Of a DNA stretch of 64,000 bases, positions 51,756 through 63,349 are shown one piece after another. The stretch is taken from the NCBI GenBank assembly GCA_047601445.1, contig JASGJH010000001.1, positions 416,001 through 480,000 on the forward strand, read 5' to 3'. How positions within the stretch are numbered: the first letter of the stretch is position 1; every line of letters begins with the position of its first letter. Source of the stretch: Myxococcales bacterium (GTDB lineage: Bacteria; Myxococcota_A; Polyangia; Polyangiales; DASUME01). Under the pieces are notes generated by a model, which saw only the letters and a list, made by a program, of their open reading frames with translations, searched no databases and had not been told where the DNA came from. Both the position numbers and the translations under genes were made by a program.

Positions 51756-54700
51756 GTGGCGCTGTTCGGTCGCTATGAGTACGTCGGGGAGCTCGGGCGC
51801 GGGACCACGGGTCGCGTGGTGTTGGCGCTCGACCTTGCGAACGGCGAGGCGCCGCGGGCGCTCAAGGTGGTGGCGGCCGAGCAAGGGGCGCGCTTGCTGT
51901 GGGAGTTCTCGCGCCTGGCGCGCGTGGAGCACCGGCGAGTGGCACGGCTGCGGGAGCTGTTGCGCATCGACAGCGCGGTGGGCGCACCGTTCTCCTTGGC
52001 CGCGGGGTCGCTGGTGTTGGTCGAGGATCGCGCGCCGGGACAGGCGATCGCACGGCTCGCCGCGGCGGCCGAGGGGGAGCCGGGGCGTCATCTAAGGCTC
52101 GGTCTTGCCATCGCACTCGGCGTGGCGGAGGGGCTGGCGGCGGTCCACGAGGCGGGCCTGGTGCACGGCGATGTGAAGCCGGACAACGTGATGTGGGACG
52201 AGGAGCGGGGCGCCACCGTGATCGATCTCGGTTTCGCGCGCGCCGCGAGCGCGCAGGCGGTGGTGCGGGGCACACCGCGTTTCATGGCACCCGAGCTACT
52301 TGCGGGACTCTGTACGCCTGCGGCGGACGTGTTCGCGCTGGGGGCACTGCTCTTCGATTGGCTTCAAGGCGAGGTTTCGGATCATCCATCGAGCCTCGCA
52401 TCGAGCGAGCAGGGGTCGCCCTTCGTGGTGCGCGACGCTGCGGCGCTGAGCGCGAGCTATCCGGAGGATGTGCGGCGGCTGGTCGGGCGATTCTTGGAGC
52501 GTGACCCGGAGTTGCGTCCGGTCGACGGGCGCGCGGCGCTGCACGCGCTGTTGGGGCTGCACCAGGCGCTCGGCTACGCGGTGGACGCTGCCACGCTGCG
52601 CTTCGCAAGTACCGCCGAGTCAGCAACGCCAGGCGAGCGCGCCCAACGTGCGCGCACGCTGCCGTTCGTGGGACAGGGCGAGCCACTGAGCGCGTTGGTG
52701 TCTGCCATCGACGAAGTGCTGCGCGCGCCTGGACCGATGCCGCCGATCCAGCTGGTTGGGCCCCGTGGCGCGGGTCACTCGCGCCTCGTTCGCGAGGCGG
52801 TGCGTGTCGTTCAGGAGCAGCGCGCGCAGGCGGGCATGAGCGTGCCCACCTCGCTCGAGCGGGTCTCCGCGCTCGATAGGCTGCGCGACGTGGATGCGTT
52901 GCTCTGGCTCGAGCGCCCGAGCGCGAGCGAGCTGCGTACCGCGCGGCGCGCCCAGGAGGCGTTTTTCGCCTCGGGACAACACCTGTGTCTGGTCGTGGAA
53001 GGAGCATTGCCGGAGGAAAGCGAGGCGCCGAGAGCGAAGCGGATCGAGCTCGGACCCATGCCGCTGCCCGAGTTCGAGCGCTTGCTGGAGCGGCTGATCG
53101 CGCCCGCACGCAGCGAACGGGTTCGCGAGGCGGCGCGCGCCGCCAGTGCCGGGCTCGCGGGTAACCTGTGCGAGTGCGCGGTCGACGCCTTCCTGAACGG
53201 CAACGAGCTGTCGGACCCGGCGAGCTATCGACCGCGCGCAGGGGCGCTCGACGCCAGGGGCTGGTCGCAGCGTGGACAAGACCTGGCCCTGTGGCTCGCG
53301 TGGACGCAGGGCGCGCCTCATGAGCCCCAGGACATCGCGCTCTCGGCGCGTGCGCTCGGTGGTGAGCAGGGGCTGGAATATGCGTTCGACGAGCTGAGCG
53401 CGCGCGGTGCGCTGGTGGAGAGCGCAGGAGAGGTGTCGCTCCTGCCGGAGCTCGCGCGATCCATCCGCGGTCAAGGAGTGGAGGCCTGGCGTGCGCGCTT
53501 CGCAGCGCTGGCGCCCATCGCACGACTCGAGGGCGCGCCCTTTTTGCAGGCGCTGCTGGGTGAGCGTGGCCTGGCGACGCGACGCTTTGCGAGTCTTGCC
53601 GCGGAGCACCGCCTGCGCGGCCAGCACGAGCTCGCCCGGGTCTTGTTGCACGAGGCGTTGCAGGTGGCCCCGGACGACGCGCTGCGGCTCGAGCTGGCGG
53701 AGCTCGAGCGCAAGCGCGCCCACTACGGGGTCGCGCGCAAGGTGCTTTCGGACGCGGGCGGTTCGGCGGCAGCCTGGATGCGCGCCGAGCTCGCCAGGCT
53801 CGCAGGGGACCGCGAGAGCGCGCGGGCGGCGCTGGTGGATGCCCGAGATGCTCCCTGGCAGGAGCGGGCGCGCGCGTTGCAGGCTCGCTTGGCCTACGAC
53901 GCAGCCGACTTCGAGGGCGCTCGCCGCGAGCTCGTGTCCAGCGGGGATATTCGCGATGCAGAAGCGCGGCTGCGCGCACTCGAGGTGGAGGTCTTGTTGG
54001 CGCTCGGCGAGGGGCGACCCGAGAGCGCGCGCGTACCGGAGTTGGTGGGCGGCGCCGAGCGCCTGGGGAAGGCGCGTCCGTTGGCGCGCGCTCTCTCGTT
54101 GCGCGCCCAGGTGGAGCTCGCGCTGGGTCGGCGGCCGCAAGCCCGCGAGGATTTGCGGCGAGCTCAGCGTGAATCGGAGTCCGCGGGGGAGCTCCACGAA
54201 GCCGCCACCTACGGGATGAACCTGGGGCTGCTCGAGCTCGACGCCGGCAATCTGGGCGAGGCACTCGAGGCGCTGCGGGCCGCGGCTTATTCGCTGGCCT
54301 TCATCGACCGTGCGCAAGACCTCACGCGCGTATTGTTCAACCTGGGGAGTGCAGCCCTCCTGGTGGGCGACGACGAGCGCGCGGATTGGGTGCTGGCCGA
54401 CGCCGAGGGGCGCGCCGCTGCGGGCACGGATCCGGCCGTGCGGGCGTTGATTGCGGTGGCGCGCAGCGAATCGAGCTTGCGACGGGGCGCGGTGGAGCAG
54501 GCCGAGGCTCGGCTCGGCGCCGCGCTCGAACAGCTGCCGAACGGGCTGCCGGCCGTGGAGGCGATCCTCGCGGCGCGCGCCGGGTTGGTGCAGGTGCTGC
54601 GCGGCGAGCGCGCTCGGGCGCTGGCATTGTTGGCGCGGGGGCGAGCGGCGGGTGGAGGTGTCGAGGCAGAGCTCGAGCTGGCCGTGTTGGAGCTGCGTGC

Positions 54701-56522
54701 GAACCTGGCCGCCGGAGACCCGGGGCAGGCGCTGGCGGTCGCGCGGCGCACCGTGGCTGAGGTCGACCGGGGCACGGCGAGTTTCGCTACCAAGACCAGC
54801 GTGCTCTTGGCAGCCGGCGATGCGGCGCGCGCGGCCGGCGATGAGACCCTGGCGTCGGAGTGGACGGGCCGCTGCCGCGCCCTGCTGGAGGTTGCGCTCG
54901 CCGGGCTTCAGCCTGCCTTGCGGGCGAGCATGCGGCGTATCCCGGCCCACGCGCGCGTGCTCGCGGGGCAGCCTACGCCGGGAGCGCCGCTCGATGAACG
55001 CGGTGCCGAGCGCTGGCGCACGTTGGTGAAGGGGGCACGGCGACTGTTCGCGGAGCGCAGGCCGAGCCGCATCGCCCAGCGCGCGGTCGAGCTCGCCCTC
55101 GATCTAGTGCACGCCGAGCGCGCCTTGGTGGTGCTGGAGCAGGCGGGGAGCGCCCTGCGCGTGCTGTCCCGTGCCGAGCTCACCGCGGAGCCGGCGCGCG
55201 AGCTCGGGTTCTCGCAGTCCGTGGTGCGCCGGGTTTGGCTCGATAGTCGGCCCGTGATCTCGCTCGAGGCCGCGCGCGACGAGCGCTTCGATGGGGCCCA
55301 GAGCGTGCACACCTTGAGCGTGCGCTCTGTCTTGGCCGTGCCGTTGCTCGGCTTCCAGGAGCGGGCGGTGCTCTATCTCGACGACCGACTACGTGGCTCC
55401 GCCTTCGGCGCGGACGAACAGGCCTTGCTGACCGATTTGGCCGAACTCACGCGGCAGGCCCTCGGTGCGGGTCAAGCCGTGTTGAAGGAGCAGCGGCGCG
55501 CGCTGCAGTCGGCGCAGCAAGAGAAGCGGCTCTCGCGCCAGCTGGAAGTGCTCGCCGCGCAGCCCGCCCGACCCACGGACGTGCCCTTCATCGGCGCGAG
55601 CAATGCCCTCGCCAGGCTTACCGAGCGCGCCCGCCGCGTGGCCGCTTCCGACGTGCCGATCCTGATCGCCGGCCAGAGCGGCACCGGCAAGGAGCTCCTG
55701 GCGCGCTTCATTCACACCGAGAGTCCCCGTCGCGCCGCGCCCTTCGTGGCCGAGAATTGCGCCGCGCTGCCCGACACGTTGCTGGAGAGCGCGCTGTTCG
55801 GCCACGTGCGTGGTGCCTTCACGGGGGCCGATCGCCCGAGGCGCGGGCTGTTCGAGTCCGCCGACGGCGGCTCGCTGCTGCTCGACGAGGTGGCCGAGAT
55901 GAGCCCGGCGCTGCAGGGCAAGCTGCTGCGCGTGCTGCAAGAAGGCGAGTTTCGTGTGCTCGGCAGCGAGAAGGTACGCAAGGTGGACGTGCGCGTGATG
56001 GCCGCGAGTCACCGAGACCTCGTGCAGCTCGTGCGCGAGGGAAAGTTCCGCGAAGATCTCTATTATCGCCTGGCCGTGGTGACGCTCGAGGTTCCGACCC
56101 TGGCCGAACGACGCGAAGACGTACCGCTCCTGGTGCAGCATTTCGTGCGCAAGTATGCCGGCGAACGAGAGGTGCGGGTCAGCGCCGAGGCCATGCGTCT
56201 CCTGGAGTCGCGCAGCTATCCAGGCAACGTCCGTCAGCTGGAGAACGAGGTGCGGCGCGCGCTCGCTTTGTGCGACGGGACCATGCGCGCCGACCACGTG
56301 GAGGAGCCGCTGGTGCCCGCATCGGAGGCGGGCCGAGCGGGGACACTCGACCTCCACGCTCAGACCGAAGAACTTACGCGCAAGCTCGTCGAGTCGGCCA
56401 TGCAGCGGACCGGGGGCAACGTGAGTCAGGCGGCGCAGCTGCTCGGCATCTCTCGTTTCGGCCTGCAAAAAATCTTGAAGCGCCTCAAGGGCGCGGAACC
56501 GCCGCCGCCTCAGCGAAAGTGA
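51756..56522 (+). CDS. Ser/Thr kinase - degenerate P-loop - TPR - GAF - sigma54 AAA+ - Fis HTH fusion activator
   Basis: Kinase motifs GRGTTG, ALK, HGDVKPDN, DLG and MAPE; GPRGAGHS; GAF (FSQSVV..SVRSVLAVPL..LYLDDR); GQSGTGKE, GAFTGA, LLDEV and YPGNVRQLEN; HTH GNVSQAAQLLGISR. Confidence 0.92.
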   Translation: MALFGRYEYVGELGRGTTGRVVLALDLANGEAPRALKVVAAEQGARLLWEFSRLARVEHRRVARLRELLRIDSAVGAPFSLAAGSLVLVEDRAPGQAIARLAAAAEGEPGRHLRLGLAIALGVAEGLAAVHEAGLVHGDVKPDNVMWDEERGATVIDLGFARAASAQAVVRGTPRFMAPELLAGLCTPAADVFALGALLFDWLQGEVSDHPSSLASSEQGSPFVVRDAAALSASYPEDVRRLVGRFLERDPELRPVDGRAALHALLGLHQALGYAVDAATLRFASTAESATPGERAQRARTLPFVGQGEPLSALVSAIDEVLRAPGPMPPIQLVGPRGAGHSRLVREAVRVVQEQRAQAGMSVPTSLERVSALDRLRDVDALLWLERPSASELRTARRAQEAFFASGQHLCLVVEGALPEESEAPRAKRIELGPMPLPEFERLLERLIAPARSERVREAARAASAGLAGNLCECAVDAFLNGNELSDPASYRPRAGALDARGWSQRGQDLALWLAWTQGAPHEPQDIALSARALGGEQGLEYAFDELSARGALVESAGEVSLLPELARSIRGQGVEAWRARFAALAPIARLEGAPFLQALLGERGLATRRFASLAAEHRLRGQHELARVLLHEALQVAPDDALRLELAELERKRAHYGVARKVLSDAGGSAAAWMRAELARLAGDRESARAALVDARDAPWQERARALQARLAYDAADFEGARRELVSSGDIRDAEARLRALEVEVLLALGEGRPESARVPELVGGAERLGKARPLARALSLRAQVELALGRRPQAREDLRRAQRESESAGELHEAATYGMNLGLLELDAGNLGEALEALRAAAYSLAFIDRAQDLTRVLFNLGSAALLVGDDERADWVLADAEGRAAAGTDPAVRALIAVARSESSLRRGAVEQAEARLGAALEQLPNGLPAVEAILAARAGLVQVLRGERARALALLARGRAAGGGVEAELELAVLELRANLAAGDPGQALAVARRTVAEVDRGTASFATKTSVLLAAGDAARAAGDETLASEWTGRCRALLEVALAGLQPALRASMRRIPAHARVLAGQPTPGAPLDERGAERWRTLVKGARRLFAERRPSRIAQRAVELALDLVHAERALVVLEQAGSALRVLSRAELTAEPARELGFSQSVVRRVWLDSRPVISLEAARDERFDGAQSVHTLSVRSVLAVPLLGFQERAVLYLDDRLRGSAFGADEQALLTDLAELTRQALGAGQAVLKEQRRALQSAQQEKRLSRQLEVLAAQPARPTDVPFIGASNALARLTERARRVAASDVPILIAGQSGTGKELLARFIHTESPRRAAPFVAENCAALPDTLLESALFGHVRGAFTGADRPRRGLFESADGGSLLLDEVAEMSPALQGKLLRVLQEGEFRVLGSEKVRKVDVRVMAASHRDLVQLVREGKFREDLYYRLAVVTLEVPTLAERREDVPLLVQHFVRKYAGEREVRVSAEAMRLLESRSYPGNVRQLENEVRRALALCDGTMRADHVEEPLVPASEAGRAGTLDLHAQTEELTRKLVESAMQRTGGNVSQAAQLLGISRFGLQKILKRLKGAEPPPPQRK

Positions 56523-57457
56523 TCGAAGCCCGCTGGGAGCGCGACCGGGTTCCCCTGCGTGTCCAGCACCGTGATGCGCGCGTCACCCGCCTCGATGCGT
56601 CCGATGGGGATGCCGAGCTCTGGTGGTACGCGCGTCTGATTGGCCGTGAACAAGAGCTCGTAGTCCTCGCCCCCCGATAGCAGCATCGCTTCGCATGCCA
56701 CGCCGAGCTCCTGCGCCAGCTGCGCCATCCCGGCGGGACGCGGCAATGCGTCGAGTTCGACCACCGCCGAGACTCCCGAGGCCGAGCAAAGATGGTGCAG
56801 GTCTTGTGCGAGTCCGTCGCTCACGTCGATGCAGGCCCGGGCCCGCGCCGCGACTTTCTCCGCGATGTCCAGGCGCGCGCGTGGTCTCAAGAAGCGCGTC
56901 CGACAAGCCTCGAACCGCACATCGGGGGTGGAGCCACGCTGCAGCGCGCGCAGTCCGAGGGCGGCCGCGCCGAGCGGACCCGTGACGAACAACGTGTCGC
57001 CCACGCGCGCGCCGCTGCGCAGCGCCACGGGCCCGTGGCACTCGCCCAACACGGTGGTCGTCAGTGAGAGCTCCCGGCCGCGCGCCAGGTTCCCTCCGAT
57101 GATGGCGCACTCGCAGGTGTCGGCCGCTTCGCGCACCCCGCGGCTCAACTGCTCGAACTCCGCGTCGCTCAGCGCCTCCGGCAAGACCCAGGCGCACAGC
57201 GCTCCGACCGCGCGCCCGCCCATCGCCGCAACGTCGCTCGCGGCCGCCATGAACGCGCGGTAGCCGATGTCCTCGAGCCCCATGAAGGCCCGCGAGAAGT
57301 GCACGCCTTCGACCGCCGAGTCCACCGTCCACACGCCGTTGCGCGAGCTCGGATTGAGTACCGCGGCGTCGTCGCCGATGCCCAGGGCTACCCGTTCACC
57401 CGCGTCGCGTTGGAACCACTTTTGGAGCAGCGCGATGCGCTCGAACTCGCTGGCCAT
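56510..57457 (-). CDS. thiL: Thiamine-monophosphate kinase
   Basis: EFERI, GIGDDAAVL, VEGVHF, SDVAAMGG, IDVSDGL and GGEDYELLFT. Confidence 0.96.
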   Translation of the reverse strand: MASEFERIALLQKWFQRDAGERVALGIGDDAAVLNPSSRNGVWTVDSAVEGVHFSRAFMGLEDIGYRAFMAAASDVAAMGGRAVGALCAWVLPEALSDAEFEQLSRGVREAADTCECAIIGGNLARGRELSLTTTVLGECHGPVALRSGARVGDTLFVTGPLGAAALGLRALQRGSTPDVRFEACRTRFLRPRARLDIAEKVAARARACIDVSDGLAQDLHHLCSASGVSAVVELDALPRPAGMAQLAQELGVACEAMLLSGGEDYELLFTANQTRVPPELGIPIGRIEAGDARITVLDTQGNPVALPAGFDHFR

Positions 57458-57496
57458 CGTCTCAGCCTAGCAGGCCGCGACCGAACGAGCGCCACG

Positions 57497-58893
<1,397 letters not shown>

Positions 58894-58897
<4 letters not shown>

Positions 58898-59577
58898 CGC
58901 ACCACCTCGTCGAGCTTGCTGGCCTTGAGACCCAGCTTGTCTACCAGGGTGGCGAGGACCTCCTCCGGATCGAGATGAAACTTGGCCTTCAGCTGGTGTT
59001 CCCGCTCGAGTAGCTCCCAGGTGCCGCGGACCAGGCCGAGGAAGGTCTCCGCGACGCCTACGCCGCGCGTGGCCACGGCCTTGAATACCGGCTCCTTGCC
59101 GCGCTGCGCGAGCTGGTCGATCTCGTCGTCCGGACGGATGTCGGGCAAGTCACGCTTGTTGAACTGGATCAGCAGCGGGATCTTGGCGCTGTCGAGTCCG
59201 TTCTCTTTGAGGTTCTGCTTGAGGTTCACGAACGCAGCGGCGTTGGCCTTGGTCTCGCTACGCTGGGAGTCGGCGATGAACGCCACGCCATCGGCTCCCG
59301 AGAGCACCAGCCGTCGGGTCGCGTTGTGAATGACCTGGCCGGGCACGGTGAACAGCTTCAGGCGCACGGTGAGTCCGCTGCCTGCCGTGAAGCTCAACGG
59401 CAACAGATCGAAGAACAAGGTGCGGTCGTCGCGCGTGTCGAGCGTCATCAAGCGGCCGCGGCCGGTGTGCGACACGAGCTGATGGAGCGCCTGCAGGTTG
59501 GTGGTCTTCCCACTCAGCGCAGGGCCGTAGTAGACGAGCTTGATGGTGAGCTCACGGGCCGCGAAGTCGAGCTGCAA
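58894..59577 (-). CDS. MglA-family small Ras-like GTPase
   Basis: KLVYYGPALSGKTTNL, DRTLFFD, TVPGQ, GADGV and NKRDLP. TTG start at 59577 after a GGGGAG RBS. Confidence 0.92.
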
Positions 59578-59630
59578 AAACTCCCCCGAGTCGCTCCGGA
59601 AAATGCCGAAATGACCGAGAAATCGTAGCC

Positions 59631-59987
59631 TCAAGGCGCGCGTGCGCGCAATATCGACAAGAGCGTATAGAGCACGAAGAACGCGCTTAGCCCGAACGCG
59701 ATCCACTGGAGACGCTGGCGACCCTTGGGAGGCGGCGAACGGCTCAGGTCGAGGGTCGAGAGCGCCGCGGCCATGACAGCCTCGATTTGCCGGCTCGCGA
59801 CCTGGCTACGTGACGGGTCGGAGTCCCGCACGTGCCTGTAGCGCTGGCCCGCCGTGGGCAGTGCGCCTTGCGTCACACAGAGTGCGATGAAACGCCGATG
59901 CGCCTGGTCGTCGTCCCAATTCGCTTCGAGCTCGGCCCAGGCGCTCTCGATCGGATCCAGCGGCTCCTGTGGGGGGGACTGGGTCAT
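59631..59987 (-). CDS. Hypothetical protein with C-terminal TM anchor
   Basis: AWAELEANWDDDQAHRRF helical domain and TM WIAFGLSAFFVLYTLLSIL. Confidence 0.65.
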   Translation of the reverse strand: MTQSPPQEPLDPIESAWAELEANWDDDQAHRRFIALCVTQGALPTAGQRYRHVRDSDPSRSQVASRQIEAVMAAALSTLDLSRSPPPKGRQRLQWIAFGLSAFFVLYTLLSILRARAP

Positions 59988-60157
59988 CAGGGGTGGACTC
60001 AAGGGTAGGGGAAACCTTGGCATTCGTGAATCGGGAGGGCACGCGCCCTCCCGCCCGTCGCGACGAAGCCGCGCCCGGGACCCACCCACCGCGAGGTTCG
60101 CTTCGCTCACGGGGCATCCCGTGGTCAGCAGAAAACCATTCGTGTAGGTTGCGCGCA

Positions 60158-60784
60158 GTGAGCTCGGGAGCACGCGCGGCACGATGTGCTTTCGGTGGGC
60201 TGTTGCTCGCCGTCTTCATGTGCTTTCAGGCCGAGTCTGCGCATGCGGAGCGCGTGGAGAAGCTACTGCTAGGGCCCGAGCTCAGGCTGCGTCCTAGCCG
60301 GGGGCTCTTCGAGGCACCTCGCGAGGAGCTCGCTTTGCCCCACGGCGTGTCCACGGCTCACTCGGATCTGGTGGCCAGGGTAGGCGTCGTGCTGGCGGAG
60401 CGCTCCTCCGAGCTGGCCTTTCCCATCTCCCTCGGCATGCGTTACTTGCCCTTCGACTCACCCGTCCGCCCGCTGCTCGGTGTCGACCTTGGGGGCTACT
60501 TCAGTCAAACCCGTGGGCCGCGGGCGCAGGGCGCCCCGAGCGGACTCGCCTGGACCTGGAGCGCTCGAGGACTGCTCGGGGCCGAGCTGCGCGCCACCCC
60601 TTGGCTCGCGCTGCGGGTCTATGCGGATGCCATGTGGGCTCAAACCCCGGCCTCCTTCGCCATGCGCGACCAGGTGTTCTCCGGACTCGGCGCAGGGGCC
60701 GAGCTCGTGTTTCGCTGGGCACCGCCACGCTGGAAGCTGGTCGACATGGTGCTGCGCGGCGATGATGCGCCGAAGGAGTGGTAG
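60158..60784 (+). CDS. Hypothetical exported beta-strand-rich (outer-membrane-like) protein; start uncertain
   Basis: Signal peptide (..LLLAVFMCFQAESAHA) and amphipathic beta strands (ISLGMRYLP, VRPLLGVDLGGY, RGLLGAELR). Confidence 0.6.
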   Translation: MSSGARAARCAFGGLLLAVFMCFQAESAHAERVEKLLLGPELRLRPSRGLFEAPREELALPHGVSTAHSDLVARVGVVLAERSSELAFPISLGMRYLPFDSPVRPLLGVDLGGYFSQTRGPRAQGAPSGLAWTWSARGLLGAELRATPWLALRVYADAMWAQTPASFAMRDQVFSGLGAGAELVFRWAPPRWKLVDMVLRGDDAPKEW

Positions 60785-61360
60785 TGGCGCGTCGCTCGGG
60801 GTGGATGCTTTCGGTGTGGCTCTGGTCCCTGCCCGCGTGGGGGCAATCGGTGGTCGTCGAGCCGCCACCAGCGGAGCCAAGGCAGCACACCATCGAGGTC
60901 ACCTTCGGCAGCGCACAGCTGTTCAATCATCAGTCCATCCTCGCCAAGAGCGGTCACGTGGAGCGCGAGAATCATCCCGGTTACCTCCGCCCTGCTGATG
61001 CTGGAGTGGTTGGCCCATCCGCGCATCGCGGTGAGTTCGCTCTTCAACCTTCCGCTGACCACCCAGAAGACCGTGGTCGACGGCGCCCTGCGCGAGGAAT
61101 ACGTGGCCCCTTCGGTGGCCCTCGGCGTGCGGGCCACGGCGCTGAGCATCGAGGTCTTCGAAGCGTCCCATCTCGAGCTTCAGTTCGCGGCCCTCGGCGG
61201 AATCACCATCGGCAGTCGCTCCGGGGACCTGGTGTTCCCGCTGGCTGCCACGCGGATCCACTTCTCCAACCCGGGTGGCTTCGCGCTCTACCTCGGGACC
61301 GCCTTTGCGTTCCGCAAGGACACGGTCGCGCTGCTGTACGGTATCGGGCACCGGTTCTAA
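60784..61360 (+). pseudogene. Exported beta-barrel-like protein, frameshifted at ~60970 (real or sequencing error)
   Basis: Signal peptide and first strands run to ..GHVERE in one frame. The sequence continues as IIPVTSALLMLEW..YGIGHRF in the +1 frame. C-terminal Phe. Confidence 0.65.
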
Positions 61361-61621
61361 CGAAGCTCGCCAGCCACGTCCGAACCGCGCCGTCCCCGTG
61401 CCCGCTCTCCTCGTCGACGTCCCCCGATAGCTCCCGCGTTTTCGCCCGCAGGCACGCCTACGCAGGGCCTTGAAGCGAGCTTCCAACACGGTTCCACCTG
61501 AAGGGCGTTCAGTGTGTAGGCTGTGGTCCGACATGTAGGAGGTCGTCGTTCAATAATTGCCAGTTAAATCCTGGGCTTATCGGCGATCAGGAAGTTGACG
61601 ACACATCTTTGACCCTGATAG

Positions 61622-61665
61622 GTGGATGAAAGTGGTAAGTTGCGGATCGCCGGGGGGCCCGGTGG
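61622..61665 (+). promoter_or_regulatory. MraZ-binding repeats (dcw promoter)
   Basis: GTGG (61622), GTGG (61632), GCGG (61642), GGGG (61652) and GTGG (61662) at an exact 10-bp period just upstream of mraZ. TTGACG and TTGACC lie upstream. Confidence 0.8.
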
Positions 61666-61686
61666 ATCGGACAGGATGGCCGCACA

Positions 61687-62139
61687 GTGTTCCGCGGGCG
61701 CTACGAACACACGATTGACGGGAAGGGGCGAACGTCCCTTCCTGCGCGTTTTCGTGATGTTCTGACGGCCAGCGGGGAGTCCCGGCTGATCGTGACCACG
61801 GGACTCGAGGCCTGTCTGGTCGCGTATCCGCTGCGCGAGTGGGAGGCTTTCGAAGAGCGGCTTTCACGGCTGCCGAGTTTCGACCCGAGCGTGGCGATGC
61901 TGAAGCGCATCTACGTGTCAGGGGCCATCGAATGTGATCTCGACAAGCTCGGCAGACTGCTCTTGCCGAGCACCCTGCGTGACCACGCGGGGATCTCACG
62001 GGAGCTCTTGTTTGCCGGGATGGGCAAGCACATCGAGCTCTGGGACAAGGCGCGCTTCGAGGCCCTGTCTCGCGGGGCGCTCGAAGACGAACTCAAGCGC
62101 GCCGACATGGCCAAGCGCTTGGCGGAGCTCGGATTGTGA
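61687..62139 (+). CDS. mraZ: Transcriptional repressor MraZ
   Basis: MFRGRYEHTIDGKGRTSLPARFR, DKLGRLLLP and IELWD. Confidence 0.97.
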   Translation: MFRGRYEHTIDGKGRTSLPARFRDVLTASGESRLIVTTGLEACLVAYPLREWEAFEERLSRLPSFDPSVAMLKRIYVSGAIECDLDKLGRLLLPSTLRDHAGISRELLFAGMGKHIELWDKARFEALSRGALEDELKRADMAKRLAELGL

Positions 62140-63032
62140 TCGAGTTTGCACACGAGACGGTGCTGCTGAAGGAGGCCGTGGAGGCCATCGCCCCGCGCGA
62201 CGGTGGCGTCTACGTGGACGCTACGCTGGGCGGAGCCGGGCACTCGCGGGCCCTGCTCGAGGCCTGTGGGCCCACGGGCAAGCTGTTCGGGATCGATCGT
62301 GATCCACTGGCGCTCTCGGCGGCTGCTGAGCGGCTCGCGGCATTCGGCCCGCGCGCGACCCTGCTGCGCGGCTCCTTCGGCGACATTCGTGCGCTGCTCG
62401 CGTCGCAGGGCGTGAGCCAGGTGGACGGCATCGTGGCGGATCTGGGCGTGAGCTCGCCCCAGCTCGACCGCGACGAGCGCGGCTTCTCCTTCGCCCGCAG
62501 CGGCCCGCTCGACATGCGCATGGATCCCGAGGACGAGCCGCTCTCGGATTGGCTCGAGCGCATGAGCGCCGACGAGATCGCAGACGTCCTCTATCAGTAC
62601 GGCGATGAGCGCAGGTCACGTCCCATCGCGCGCTCCATCAAGGCCGCGCTCGAGCGCGGTGAACTCACCACCACCGAGGATCTGCGGCGGGCCGTGGTGC
62701 GGGTGCTCGGCCCCAAGCGCACCGGCGTCGATCCTGCGACGCGCACCTTCCAGGCCCTGCGCATCATGGTCAATCGCGAGTTCGAACAGCTCGAGTCGTT
62801 GCTCGGGGCAGCTGCGGACTTGCTGGCCGACGAAGGTCGCCTCGCCATCATCTCGTTCCACTCGGGCGAGGACCGCATCGTGAAGCACACCTTGCGCGAG
62901 AACCCCGAACTCATGGTGCTCACCAAGAAGCCGCTCGAACCGAGCGAGCCAGAGCAGGCGCAGAACCCACGCGCGCGCAGCGCCAAGCTGCGGGTCGCGA
63001 GCCGCGTGGCGCGCGGAAAGGACTCGACATGA
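62136..63032 (+). CDS. rsmH: 16S rRNA m4C1402 methyltransferase
   Basis: HETVLLKE, DATLGGAGHS, DLGVSSPQLD, PLDMRMD, FQALRI, SFHSGEDR and NPRARSAKLR. Confidence 0.97.
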   Translation: MIEFAHETVLLKEAVEAIAPRDGGVYVDATLGGAGHSRALLEACGPTGKLFGIDRDPLALSAAAERLAAFGPRATLLRGSFGDIRALLASQGVSQVDGIVADLGVSSPQLDRDERGFSFARSGPLDMRMDPEDEPLSDWLERMSADEIADVLYQYGDERRSRPIARSIKAALERGELTTTEDLRRAVVRVLGPKRTGVDPATRTFQALRIMVNREFEQLESLLGAAADLLADEGRLAIISFHSGEDRIVKHTLRENPELMVLTKKPLEPSEPEQAQNPRARSAKLRVASRVARGKDST

Positions 63033-63349
63033 AGAGCCATATGAAGAGTCAGTTCCTGGCGCTATGGACGGTGGCCGTGCTCTCCACGGGAGCGGCCTTC
63101 GTGGCTTACCTCGCGCTGCGCTTCGAGACGGTGCGGCTCGGCTACGCGCTCGACAAGGAAAACCAGGAGAACAAGCGGCTCTCCGAGGTCAGGCGCATGC
63201 TCGCTCTGGAGGTCCAGACCTTGCGCGAGCGACAGCGCGTCGCAGTGATCGCCGAGCGCACGCTGGGGATGGCCACGCCGGACAAGACTCGCATCGTCTC
63301 CGTGGAGGGCGCGGCCCTGTCGCGGACCAGCGCCGGGAGGACGCGATGA
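63029..63349 (+). CDS. ftsL: Cell division protein FtsL-like
   Basis: Single TM, coiled coil and IAERTLGM..P motif. Lies between rsmH and ftsI. Confidence 0.85.
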   Translation: MKSHMKSQFLALWTVAVLSTGAAFVAYLALRFETVRLGYALDKENQENKRLSEVRRMLALEVQTLRERQRVAVIAERTLGMATPDKTRIVSVEGAALSRTSAGRTR

